Positions 13,400 through 22,461 of a stretch of 64,000 nt of DNA are shown here, piece by piece. Made by a program: the position numbers and the translations under genes. The notes under the pieces were generated by a model. The model worked only from the letters and a program-made list of their open reading frames with translations, was not told the origin of the DNA and made no database searches. Source of the stretch: an uncultured Thiothrix sp. (GTDB taxonomy: Bacteria; Pseudomonadota; Gammaproteobacteria; Poriferisulfidales; GCA-002705445); assembly GCA_902559815.1 (NCBI GenBank), contig CACEJE010000004.1, forward strand, positions 1,372-65,371, in the 5' to 3' direction. Each line of letters starts with the position of its first letter. Positions within the stretch are counted from its first letter, which is position 1.

Positions 13400-14863
13400 A
13401 TGTTAAATAAAGAATCGGTTTCAATGTTCGGCTTAATATTCGGCATTTTTATTTTTTCTTTATTCATTATTACAGAACCTCCACTTGCATTAAATAATAT
13501 AGCTTGGGTGACTGCTGGAATAGGGCTATTAATGACAATATGGTGGGTTACTGAAGCAATACCCATTTATGCAACTGGATTAATACCTCTTATATTATTT
13601 CCTATATTTGATATATATGATTTAAAGTCTATCTCTGTAGCTTACGCACATCCTCTTGTTTTACTTTTTTTAGGTGGTTTTATAATAGCTGCAGCTATGG
13701 AGTCGTGTGGTTTACATAAAAGAATAGCTCTAAATATTCTATCGCTATCTGGACTGAGTCCAAGCAAGATTATAGCTGGCTTTATGTTAACGACCGCATC
13801 TATTAGCATGTGGGTAAGTAATACAGCTTCAACAATAATGATGCTACCTATTGCATTATCAGTGATTACAATTTTTTCTAAAGAAACAAATGCAAAAAAT
13901 GAAGAATTAGCAATCCCACTTTTACTTGCAATAGCATATTCTGCATCTGTTGGTGGAGCTTCTACTTTGATAGGAACCCCAACAAATATAATGTTAGCTG
14001 GAATTTTAAGTGATACTTATAATTACGAGATAAGTTTTATTGATTGGTTACTAATTGGTTTACCTATTTTAATTTTTTTATTACCAATTATTTGGTTTTT
14101 TTTGACAAACATAAGCTTCAAAGTGTCAAACAAAACTTCTGATGCATTAGAGAAAACAATCACAAACATGAATAAAGAAATAGGAAAACCTTCTTTTGCA
14201 GAAAAGGTTGTTGCAGCTGTATTTTTTTTAACAGCTTTTTTATGGATACTTAGAAGAACTTTAAACGAAATTTTCAATTTGAACTTAAACGATACCTCAA
14301 TTAGTTTATTTGGTGCTTTACTTTTATTTTTAATACCAACAGGAAAAAATATAAGAGCTTGTAATTGGCAGGTTGCCAATAAGATACCATGGGGAGTATT
14401 ACTCTTAGTCGGTGGCGGTATTGCTTTATCTAAAGCTTTTAATTCTTCAGGCCTAGCTACTTGGATTGGAAGTTTTTCACATTTTTTTATTAATTATGAA
14501 TTTTATATTTTAATTATCCTTGCAGTTGGATTAATAATATTTTTAACTGAATTAAATTCGAATACTGCAACAATTGCAACTTTTGCTCCAATTTTAATTA
14601 TCTTTGCTATAGGTATCAATCACAATCCTTTATTTTATGTAATTCCAGCTACTATTGCAGCGAGTTGTGCTTTTATGCTTCCTATTGCCACACCACCAAA
14701 TGCAGTTATTTTTGGAAGCGGTAAAATAAAAATTAGTGATATGTTACGCGCAGGATTTTTATTAAATATTATTTCAATTTTTGCAATATCAATTGCTAGC
14801 TCTTTTTTAATTAAACTTGTCTTTGATATAGATATTCACTCATTGCCTAATTGGATAAAATAA
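13400..14863 (+). CDS. DASS/SLC13-family Na+-coupled anion (di/tricarboxylate or sulfate) transporter
   Basis: About 487 aa and polytopic. The paired hairpin motifs SNTASTIMMLP and ATPPNAVIF are characteristic of the divalent-anion:Na+ symporter family. The first ATG is at 13400; the ORF-track GTG 13388 lies inside the guaA end. Confidence 0.85.
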   Translation: MLNKESVSMFGLIFGIFIFSLFIITEPPLALNNIAWVTAGIGLLMTIWWVTEAIPIYATGLIPLILFPIFDIYDLKSISVAYAHPLVLLFLGGFIIAAAMESCGLHKRIALNILSLSGLSPSKIIAGFMLTTASISMWVSNTASTIMMLPIALSVITIFSKETNAKNEELAIPLLLAIAYSASVGGASTLIGTPTNIMLAGILSDTYNYEISFIDWLLIGLPILIFLLPIIWFFLTNISFKVSNKTSDALEKTITNMNKEIGKPSFAEKVVAAVFFLTAFLWILRRTLNEIFNLNLNDTSISLFGALLLFLIPTGKNIRACNWQVANKIPWGVLLLVGGGIALSKAFNSSGLATWIGSFSHFFINYEFYILIILAVGLIIFLTELNSNTATIATFAPILIIFAIGINHNPLFYVIPATIAASCAFMLPIATPPNAVIFGSGKIKISDMLRAGFLLNIISIFAISIASSFLIKLVFDIDIHSLPNWIK

Positions 14864-14882
14864 TATTTTTAATATACAAAAT

Positions 14883-15431
14883 TTAGATTTTACCATCTAT
14901 TCCCATTTGAAAATATTTATGAACTATTTTTTCTTGGTTATCTAACAACCAATCTATACTCGGTTCATTTTTCATAGCCTTATGAATAGCTTGTGAAGTT
15001 GCTTTCCTATGAATATCAAATAGAATTTTATGATCTAAGTTATTGTCATCTATGACTGATGGATTAAGCCAAACAGAAACGATAATCCCAAGATCATTTG
15101 CTTTTTCTTTTGGGATATCTCCATTTCTTACAGCGTCTAAAACTCCGTTGGCGATTGCGCCTTGAACCGTACCCATTAAGATATTTGTATATTTTGTGTC
15201 TTTTACAGTTACTTTGCTAACCATTATGGTAGCTGGTTTAACCATTATATCTGTATTCATTATAGCTAATACTCTTGAATGGCCTTTAACCTGGTCTCCT
15301 AAAAGTGTTGCAAAAGCTGTTCCAACAGGGCCATCAAGTTCCCCAATCACTATTTCTGGCTCTGCTGCTGTTCCTGGAGGTCCACCAGCTACTAGTGACT
15401 CTGCAACTCTCATTACAATTCTATCGCTCAT
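14883..15431 (-). CDS. fae: formaldehyde-activating enzyme (Fae) family protein
   Basis: 182 aa, alignable by eye along its length to Methylobacterium Fae. Shared blocks are V.E.LVG.G, I.IG...GP...AF, GH...LA......KP.T.M..KVT, G..Q.A.A.GV.DAV..G.IP...A.DL and V.V. Confidence 0.65.
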   Translation of the reverse strand: MSDRIVMRVAESLVAGGPPGTAAEPEIVIGELDGPVGTAFATLLGDQVKGHSRVLAIMNTDIMVKPATIMVSKVTVKDTKYTNILMGTVQGAIANGVLDAVRNGDIPKEKANDLGIIVSVWLNPSVIDDNNLDHKILFDIHRKATSQAIHKAMKNEPSIDWLLDNQEKIVHKYFQMGIDGKI

Positions 15432-15523
15432 ATTATTTACTCCTTGAAAGTTTATAGATAAAAATTAATACTTATAATAAATGCATCATAACAATTAAAA
15501 TAAATTTCTTCTACGGATTAATA

Positions 15524-15976
15524 ATGAATCATGAATTTTATATAAAACAATGTTACTTATTAGCTAAAGAAGCACAAAAAAATAATGAAGTACCTGTTGG
15601 ATCTTTAATCACGCAGAACAATAAAATAATTGCAAATTCTTACAATTCTCCAATTAAATTAAACGACCCAACTGCCCATGCAGAAATAAATGTAATTAGA
15701 GAAGCTTGTAAAAAAAATAATAATTATAGAATAAAAGATTCTATACTTTATACATCTTTAGAGCCTTGTTTGATGTGTCTGGTTGCCGCTTGTGAAGCGA
15801 GAATTGACTTAATTGTTTTTGGGGCCTACTCGAGTGAAAATAAAAATATTGAAGATAAATTTAAATATATTAAAGAGAACTATAAGATTGATCATAAATT
15901 AAGTTTTATTGGTGGTATTTTAGAAAAAGAGTGCTCTTTAATTATTAAAGATTTTTTTAAAAGCAAAAGAAGCTAA
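15524..15976 (+). CDS. tadA: tRNA adenosine(34) deaminase
   Basis: 150 aa with the CMP/dCMP deaminase zinc motifs HAEINVI and PCLMCLVA. Its size and its position next to an mltF-like gene match E. coli. Confidence 0.9.
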   Translation: MNHEFYIKQCYLLAKEAQKNNEVPVGSLITQNNKIIANSYNSPIKLNDPTAHAEINVIREACKKNNNYRIKDSILYTSLEPCLMCLVAACEARIDLIVFGAYSSENKNIEDKFKYIKENYKIDHKLSFIGGILEKECSLIIKDFFKSKRS

Positions 15977-16675
15977 ATGTGCTTTTTTATTTTCGTATAT
16001 TAAATCTAAATAAGTCTGAATTCTTTCAACATATCTTACTGGTTCTAGTCCTCGAGCATAGCCATATTTAGTTTTCTTATAATATTTTTTTATTCTTAGC
16101 AAGGGTAAATGTTTTTTTACATCTGACCAATAGTTTGGATTGTACCCATGCTTTTCAGTTAATATTCGCGCATCTTCTAAGTGCCCCAAACCAACGTTAT
16201 ATGCGGCAAGTGTCATCCATAATCTATCTGAGCCAACAACAGATTTAGATAATCGTTTATATAAATTTTCTAAATATTTAACCCCTCCATATACACTTTG
16301 ATTGGGATCCAATCTATTTTTTATACCTATATAATTTGCAGTATCTTTTGTGAGCATCATAAGACCTTTAACTTTTGTTTTTGATACAGCTTTATGATTC
16401 CAATGAGATTCTTGATAAGAAATCGCAGCAATTAATTCCCAAGAAAATATAGAATTTCTTGTATATTTTTTGAAATAACTTATATAGTTTGGTAGTCGGT
16501 TATTAATTTTTTTTATAAAAATATTTTTTTCGATGTTATTTAAATTTTTATTTTCTTCTAAGGATAAATATAGATCTTTTAAGATAAAACATTGATCATT
16601 ACTACTGTACAAAGGCACTTCGTAACTTTTGAATGAATTACTTCCAGAAAATCCAAAAGTGCAGATTATTGGCAA
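15938..16675 (-). CDS. SLT-domain lytic murein transglycosylase (MltF C-terminal-domain-like; N-terminal domain and obvious signal peptide absent)
   Basis: 245 aa with the SLT catalytic block ISYQESHWN, plus GLMMLT and AYNVG. The only canonical start is TTG 16675. The 3' end overlaps tadA by 39 nt. Confidence 0.75.
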   Translation of the reverse strand: MPIICTFGFSGSNSFKSYEVPLYSSNDQCFILKDLYLSLEENKNLNNIEKNIFIKKINNRLPNYISYFKKYTRNSIFSWELIAAISYQESHWNHKAVSKTKVKGLMMLTKDTANYIGIKNRLDPNQSVYGGVKYLENLYKRLSKSVVGSDRLWMTLAAYNVGLGHLEDARILTEKHGYNPNYWSDVKKHLPLLRIKKYYKKTKYGYARGLEPVRYVERIQTYLDLIYENKKAHLASFAFKKIFNN

Positions 16676-16997
16676 TATATAAAATTTAATATATTTATGA
16701 GAAATGGTATCTTTTTTAGTTATCCAAGTAATAATTATTTCCTAAATTAGTAGTACTTGGAATAGCATTTTACCACTATATATTGTGTTTTTCAAAGACA
16801 TTAATAAATTAACATATACTTATATAGTATTATTAGATATCAATTATTAATATTAATACCTTGTCAGAAAGGCAACATTGGTGTACTTTACACATCTTGA
16901 TTGCGTTTAAATTAAATATAATAAAATTATATAATAATAATAAATAAATCATTTAGTAATCAATACTTTAAGTAAAAAAGGAGAGAATAAATTAATA

Positions 16998-18812
16998 ATG
17001 GCTACAATCCCTGGTCTAGTATTATCAAATAAGAAGTCAAATCCAAATGCTATAGCTTTGAGATATAAGCAGTTAGGCATATGGAATGCATATACTTGGA
17101 CCGAATATGCAGCAGAAGTTTCTAAAACAATTGAAGCCTTTAAATCAAATTCAATTGGCAAAGGTTCTGTCGTAGGAATTTACGGTAATAATGTGCCTAA
17201 ACTTATATTTTCGATCTCTGCAATCCAAGCACTTGGCGCGATCGTAGTACCAATTCATCCAGAATCAACCAAAGAAGAACTTAAGAAAATTATTTTAAGT
17301 TCAAAAGCAGATTTTTTAATTGCAGAAGATCAGCAGCAAGTTGATACTTATTTAGGAGTTGCTTCTGAGTGCAGTGTTAAAAATGTTATTTATTTAGATG
17401 GAAGAGGTTTAGCCTCTTACGATAATTCTAATTTAACTTCTTTTGATGATTTGATATCTAAAGTAAGTGGGTCAAACACAGAAATAGATATCAATTCATT
17501 AAACGATAAAGACACTGCCTTTTATTTATATGATGAATATGAAGATAATCTTTATAAAGTAAGCCATGAAGCATTAGTAAATAATTGTAAAAAAATTATT
17601 GAGTTAAATACATTGTCTGCTAAAGATTCTGTAGTTTCATATTTACCACTATCAATTCCTACAAATCTTTTATTTACTTATGTTACTTCTATGGCTAGCG
17701 GTATGTCATTAAATTTACCCGAAAGCAATCAGACAATTGAGAAGGATTTGCAAGAAATTGGTCCCTCAATATTGTACGCACCATCATTTGTTTTTAAACA
17801 TATTATAACTTCGATAAGTTATAGAATTGAATCTGCAACGCAAGAAAATTACGATAGATATATGAAGCATTACGATTCTTTGATGAAAATTTATGATAAA
17901 GAAATAAAAGGTGAAACATCAATAATTGATACATTAACTAAAACTTGGTTAATGCTTACAACTTTTGCGCCGGCAAAAAATGTTTTTGGTTTAACAAACA
18001 TTAAACATGCATTTGTAAGTGATGGGGTTTTATCAAAAGTAAATTTTGATTTTTTCCACGCTATAGGTGTAGAAATTCAGCATTCGTTTGGACAAGCTGT
18101 TTCATGCGGATGTATCTCAGTTCAACCTGATCATTCGGTTTCCTCTGAAAATGTTGGATCTCCAATGAAAGGAACTGAGATAAAAATTAATAATAATTCC
18201 GAAGTTCTTTTTAAAACAGATTGCCTAGGAGATTCTGTAAGTGGGGAATTAAATATAGAAGACGGCTGGGTAAATTCTGGATATGTTGGATCCATAGAAG
18301 ACTCTGGGGCGTTAATAGTTGAAGGAAGAAGTGATGATATCTTAACCCTTAAATCTGGAACAAAATTTTCACCAGAAAAAATAGAAAATTTAATTTCTTG
18401 TTCACCTTTTATAAAATCAACTGTAGTAATTGGAAGCGGTCAAGATTCATTATCCGCTATCATTGTAATAGATCCTAATTCTGTAAATTCTTGGGCCGAC
18501 AGAAAGAATATTAGATATACAGGTTATTCTGAATTAGCATCAAAAGATGAAGTTAGGGATTTAATTAGAGATCACATTAAGTGTGTTAATGAGGCATTTG
18601 ATAGTGAACTTCAAATAAAGAGATTTGTAATTTTGCATCGAACCCTTATTATGACAGAAGGAGAAGTAACAAAGACTATGGGAATTTTAAGGAACAAGAT
18701 AGCAACAAATTTAAAGGATATTTATTCGGCTGTTGAAAATAAAAGCGACAGTATAACTCTTAATGATATTGATAAATTAACTTATCAATTAAACGTAAAT
18801 AAAGTAATGTAA
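16998..18812 (+). CDS. acyl-CoA synthetase (ANL superfamily)-like protein with degenerate adenylation motifs
   Basis: 604 aa with overall FadD-like architecture: LRYKQLGIWNAYTW.EY at the N-terminus and GW.NSG..G..ED.G.L...GRSDD....SG.K..PE.IEN near the C-terminus. The expected SGTTGxPKG block reads YLYDEYEDNLYKVSHEAL, and the TGD block reads SGY. Confidence 0.7.
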   Translation: MATIPGLVLSNKKSNPNAIALRYKQLGIWNAYTWTEYAAEVSKTIEAFKSNSIGKGSVVGIYGNNVPKLIFSISAIQALGAIVVPIHPESTKEELKKIILSSKADFLIAEDQQQVDTYLGVASECSVKNVIYLDGRGLASYDNSNLTSFDDLISKVSGSNTEIDINSLNDKDTAFYLYDEYEDNLYKVSHEALVNNCKKIIELNTLSAKDSVVSYLPLSIPTNLLFTYVTSMASGMSLNLPESNQTIEKDLQEIGPSILYAPSFVFKHIITSISYRIESATQENYDRYMKHYDSLMKIYDKEIKGETSIIDTLTKTWLMLTTFAPAKNVFGLTNIKHAFVSDGVLSKVNFDFFHAIGVEIQHSFGQAVSCGCISVQPDHSVSSENVGSPMKGTEIKINNNSEVLFKTDCLGDSVSGELNIEDGWVNSGYVGSIEDSGALIVEGRSDDILTLKSGTKFSPEKIENLISCSPFIKSTVVIGSGQDSLSAIIVIDPNSVNSWADRKNIRYTGYSELASKDEVRDLIRDHIKCVNEAFDSELQIKRFVILHRTLIMTEGEVTKTMGILRNKIATNLKDIYSAVENKSDSITLNDIDKLTYQLNVNKVM

Positions 18813-18828
18813 ATAATTTAGGGAAACT

Positions 18829-19596
18829 ATGACAGATATATTAAAAGTAGAAAATGTTACTCTTCAGTTTGGTGGTGTAAAAGCTATCACAGACATTAGT
18901 TTTAATGTAAAAGAGGGGGAAATATGTGCTGTTATAGGACCAAACGGTGCTGGCAAGAGTTCTATGTTAAATGTAATTAATGGTGTTTACTTACCACAAA
19001 TTGGAACTGTAACTTATAATGGTGTAGAGAGAAGATCTATTAATCCAAGGGATGCCGCTATAGCTGGCATGGCTAGAACTTTCCAAAATATTGCATTGTT
19101 CCAGGGGATGACAGTGCTTGAAAATATAATGACAGGAAGAAATCTTTTTATGAAATCTACTTGGTTGGAACAAGGACTTAATATTGGAAGAGCAAGAAAA
19201 GAAGAGCAACAAAACAGGCTTGCAGTTGAAAAGGTAATTAAATTTTTACAAATTGAGTCTATAAGAAAAACTCCAGTATCAAAATTACCTTACGGCCTTC
19301 AAAAAAGAGTAGAATTAGGTAGGGCATTAGTAGCCGAACCTAAAATACTTCTTCTTGATGAGCCAATGGCAGGAATGAACCTAGAAGAAAAAGCGGATAT
19401 GTCATGTTTTATTTTAGAAATTAATAAAGAGCAAGGCATTACAACAGTTATGATTGAGCACGACATGGGAGTTGTTATGGATATTTCGGATCATGTTGTG
19501 GTATTAGATTATGGTAAGAAAATAGGTGATGGTTCACCAAAAGAAGTTATGGCAAATCAAGATGTCATTGATGCATATCTTGGGGTAAGTCACTAA
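18829..19596 (+). CDS. LIV-type (HAAT family) ABC transporter ATP-binding protein, LivG-like
   Basis: 255 aa with Walker A GPNGAGKSS, the LivG-type signature LPYGLQKRVELGRAL, and Walker B LLLDEP. Confidence 0.9.
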   Translation: MTDILKVENVTLQFGGVKAITDISFNVKEGEICAVIGPNGAGKSSMLNVINGVYLPQIGTVTYNGVERRSINPRDAAIAGMARTFQNIALFQGMTVLENIMTGRNLFMKSTWLEQGLNIGRARKEEQQNRLAVEKVIKFLQIESIRKTPVSKLPYGLQKRVELGRALVAEPKILLLDEPMAGMNLEEKADMSCFILEINKEQGITTVMIEHDMGVVMDISDHVVVLDYGKKIGDGSPKEVMANQDVIDAYLGVSH

Positions 19597-19610
19597 ATAG
19601 GGGTAATAAT

Positions 19611-20540
19611 ATGGATTGGGTTTATTTAATAGAAGTATTAGTTGGCGGGTTAATGTCAGGAGTGATGTACTCTCTTGTCGCGATTGGTTTCGTCTTAATT
19701 TATAAGTCTTCAGGCATATTTAATTTTGCTCAAGGAACAATGCTTTTATTTGCATCATTAACTTTTGTTAAAATGACAGAAAATGGAATAGATTTTTGGA
19801 CCGCATTATTTATTGCTGCAGGTATAATGGTTATTTTCGGTATAGCTACAGAAAGATATGTAATACGTCCTCTAGCTAACCAGGATTTGTTAGCTCTATT
19901 TATGGCTACAGTTGGTTTAGCTACTTTCCAAGAAGGCTTTTCTCAGTTTATATGGGATTCAGATGTTCATGGTTTACAAATGAGTAAATTCTTAGATATC
20001 GGCTTATTGGACCCAGCTCCTATCTTTGTTTCTGATCATATTCCTTGGTTAGATATATTAATTCCAAAATTTGATATTTTTGCTTCATTAGTGGCTGGAT
20101 CATTGATTGTAATTTTAGCTTTCTTTTTCCAAAAAACAAGAACTGGCTTATCATTAAGGGCTGTGTCAGATGATCATATGGCTGCTATGGCTGTTGGAAT
20201 TCCTTTACAAACAGTTTGGGCGATAGTTTGGGCTGTGACAGGTATCATTGCATTAATTGCAGGGCTATTATGGGCAGAAAGAGTCAGTGTTTCCTTTACT
20301 TTAATTGAAGCTGTTATGAAAGCTCTTCCTGTAATATTAATTGGTGGGTTAACTTCTATCCCAGGCGCTATTGTTGGTGGTTTGGTTATTGGTGTTGGAG
20401 AAAAATTAGGTGAGATATATTTAGCAGATGTATTTGGTGGTCAGGGAATTGAATTATGGTTTGCTTACTTCATGGCACTAATTTTCTTAGTGTTTAGGCC
20501 TCAAGGTATGTTTGGCGAAAAATTAATTGAAAGGGTATAA
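19611..20540 (+). CDS. LIV-type ABC transporter permease, LivH-like
   Basis: 309 aa and polytopic. The N-terminus GG.MSG.MYSLVAIGF.LIY...G.FNFAQG is typical of LivH-family permeases. Confidence 0.9.
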   Translation: MDWVYLIEVLVGGLMSGVMYSLVAIGFVLIYKSSGIFNFAQGTMLLFASLTFVKMTENGIDFWTALFIAAGIMVIFGIATERYVIRPLANQDLLALFMATVGLATFQEGFSQFIWDSDVHGLQMSKFLDIGLLDPAPIFVSDHIPWLDILIPKFDIFASLVAGSLIVILAFFFQKTRTGLSLRAVSDDHMAAMAVGIPLQTVWAIVWAVTGIIALIAGLLWAERVSVSFTLIEAVMKALPVILIGGLTSIPGAIVGGLVIGVGEKLGEIYLADVFGGQGIELWFAYFMALIFLVFRPQGMFGEKLIERV

Positions 20541-20544
20541 ATAA

Positions 20545-21639
20545 ATGATTTATAGAGAAACAGGACACTTCGTAACAAATTATCTGAAAGATAGAGAAAT
20601 CTTTCCTTTAAAATTTGACAAAATAATTGTCATTCTGGGTTTGTTATTTTTATATTTATATATGCCAACAACATCTGAGTATATGTTAAGTGCACATGTA
20701 ATTCCTATTCTTGCTGTTGGTTTAGCAACTGTCGGTTTAAATATATTAACTGGTTTAACAGGTCAATTATCTTTAGGAACTGCTGGATTTATGTGTGTAG
20801 GTGCATTTGGTACTTATAACTTAATGCTAAGGATGCCAGAAAACCTTATGTCTTTGCCAGTGGCTCTATTGCTTTCTGGAATTTTTGCTGGCTTAGTAGG
20901 TGTTATTTTTGGATTGCCAGCAATAAGAATCAAAGGTTTTTATTTGCTAGTGTCTACACTTGCTGCACAATATTTCGTTTGGTGGTTTTTTAATTCATAC
21001 GCATGGTTTTTAAATTATGAATCTTCTGGTGTTGTAGCTATTGCTCCACATATGTATGACTATTGGGGTCTTGGTAATTTATTAGGTGTAGATATGCAAG
21101 GTTACCCAGCAAGATACTTGTTGGCTTTAACTATTTGCATAGGTTTAACTTATTTTGCAAAGAATCTATTAAGAAGTAACACAGGAAGGAATTTTATGTC
21201 CGTTCGTGATAGAGATATAGCAGCTAGCGTTATGGGTATCAGTGTTCCAAGAACAAAACTCTTAGCATTTTTTGTAAGTTGTTTTTACTGTGGTATTGCT
21301 GGCGGAATATATTCTTTCTTATATATTGGTAACGTAGATTTAATGATATATGAAATTGATAGATCATTTACTATTTTATTTATGCTTATCATTGGTGGTT
21401 TAGGATCTATATCTGGATCATGGCTCGGAGCAATATTTGTATACGAATTCCCAATTTTATTTACTTGGGTTGGAGATACAATATTTCAAGGAGCATTTAA
21501 TACAGCAGTTGTAGAAAACGTATCCAATATGGTTTATGGTGTATTTATTATTGCATTGTTAATAAGAGAGCCTGGAGGTTTTGCTGCTCTGTGGGCAACA
21601 ACAAAACAGAAATTAAGAATGTGGCCATACCCACATTAA
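20545..21639 (+). CDS. LIV-type ABC transporter permease, LivM-like
   Basis: 364 aa and polytopic, with GLTGQLSLGTAGFM.VGA and GG.GS..G motifs of LivM-family permeases. Confidence 0.88.
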   Translation: MIYRETGHFVTNYLKDREIFPLKFDKIIVILGLLFLYLYMPTTSEYMLSAHVIPILAVGLATVGLNILTGLTGQLSLGTAGFMCVGAFGTYNLMLRMPENLMSLPVALLLSGIFAGLVGVIFGLPAIRIKGFYLLVSTLAAQYFVWWFFNSYAWFLNYESSGVVAIAPHMYDYWGLGNLLGVDMQGYPARYLLALTICIGLTYFAKNLLRSNTGRNFMSVRDRDIAASVMGISVPRTKLLAFFVSCFYCGIAGGIYSFLYIGNVDLMIYEIDRSFTILFMLIIGGLGSISGSWLGAIFVYEFPILFTWVGDTIFQGAFNTAVVENVSNMVYGVFIIALLIREPGGFAALWATTKQKLRMWPYPH

Positions 21640-21656
21640 TTTAAAGAGGACAAGAA

Positions 21657-22457
21657 ATGGCAGAGTCATTATTAAAGGTAAACAATATAGAAGTTGTATA
21701 CAATCATGTTATCTTAGCATTGCGTGGTGTAACTTTAGATGTTGAGGAAGGTAAAGTTGTTTCTCTTTTAGGAGCTAATGGTTCTGGCAAAACAACCACA
21801 CTAAAAGCTTGCTCAAATCTCTTACATGCTGAGCGTGGAGCAATCACAAAAGGTTCTATAGAATATCAAAATAATGATATATCAAAATCGGATGCATATA
21901 ATCTTGTAAAAGATGGGGTTGTTCAAGTATTGGAAGGAAGGCATTGTTTTTCACATCTTACTGTTGAAGAAAATATTTTGACAGGGTCGTTTATAAGAGA
22001 AAACCCAAAAGAAGCAAAACAAGATTTAGAAAGAGTATATGATCACTTTGAAAGAATAAGAATAAGAAAGAAAAGTTTAGCGGGATTCACATCTGGTGGG
22101 GAACAACAAATGATTGCAATGGGAAGAGCTTTAATGTCTAGACCAAAGTTAATTTTACTAGATGAGCCTTCAATGGGTCTTGCTCCACAGTTAGTTGAGG
22201 AAATATTTGCAATTGTTAAAAACCTTAATAAAGAAGGAGTGAGTTTTTTAATAGCTGAACAAAACGCAATGGTAGCTCTTAAATATGCTGACGAAGGATA
22301 CATAATAGAAAATGGAAGAGTTATTTTAAAAGGTAAAGCTAAAGAATTATTAGAAAGACCTGATGTAAAAGAAATGTATTTAGGTGTTGGAGAAGAGGGA
22401 AAAACAAGTTTTAGAGATATTAAGTACTATCACAGAAGAAAACCATCGTTTACTTAA
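21657..22457 (+). CDS. LIV-type ABC transporter ATP-binding protein, LivF-like
   Basis: 266 aa with Walker A GANGSGKTT, signature SGGEQQM and Walker B ILLDEPS. Confidence 0.9.
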   Translation: MAESLLKVNNIEVVYNHVILALRGVTLDVEEGKVVSLLGANGSGKTTTLKACSNLLHAERGAITKGSIEYQNNDISKSDAYNLVKDGVVQVLEGRHCFSHLTVEENILTGSFIRENPKEAKQDLERVYDHFERIRIRKKSLAGFTSGGEQQMIAMGRALMSRPKLILLDEPSMGLAPQLVEEIFAIVKNLNKEGVSFLIAEQNAMVALKYADEGYIIENGRVILKGKAKELLERPDVKEMYLGVGEEGKTSFRDIKYYHRRKPSFT

Positions 22458-22461
22458 TTCT

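Noticed and set aside
16724-16760. Hairpin CCAAGTA(23 nt)TACTTGG as a stand-alone regulatory RNA element
   Set aside because: The stem is only 7 bp with a large loop and no T-tract. It is mentioned under the long-gap finding but is not strong enough to call as a feature.
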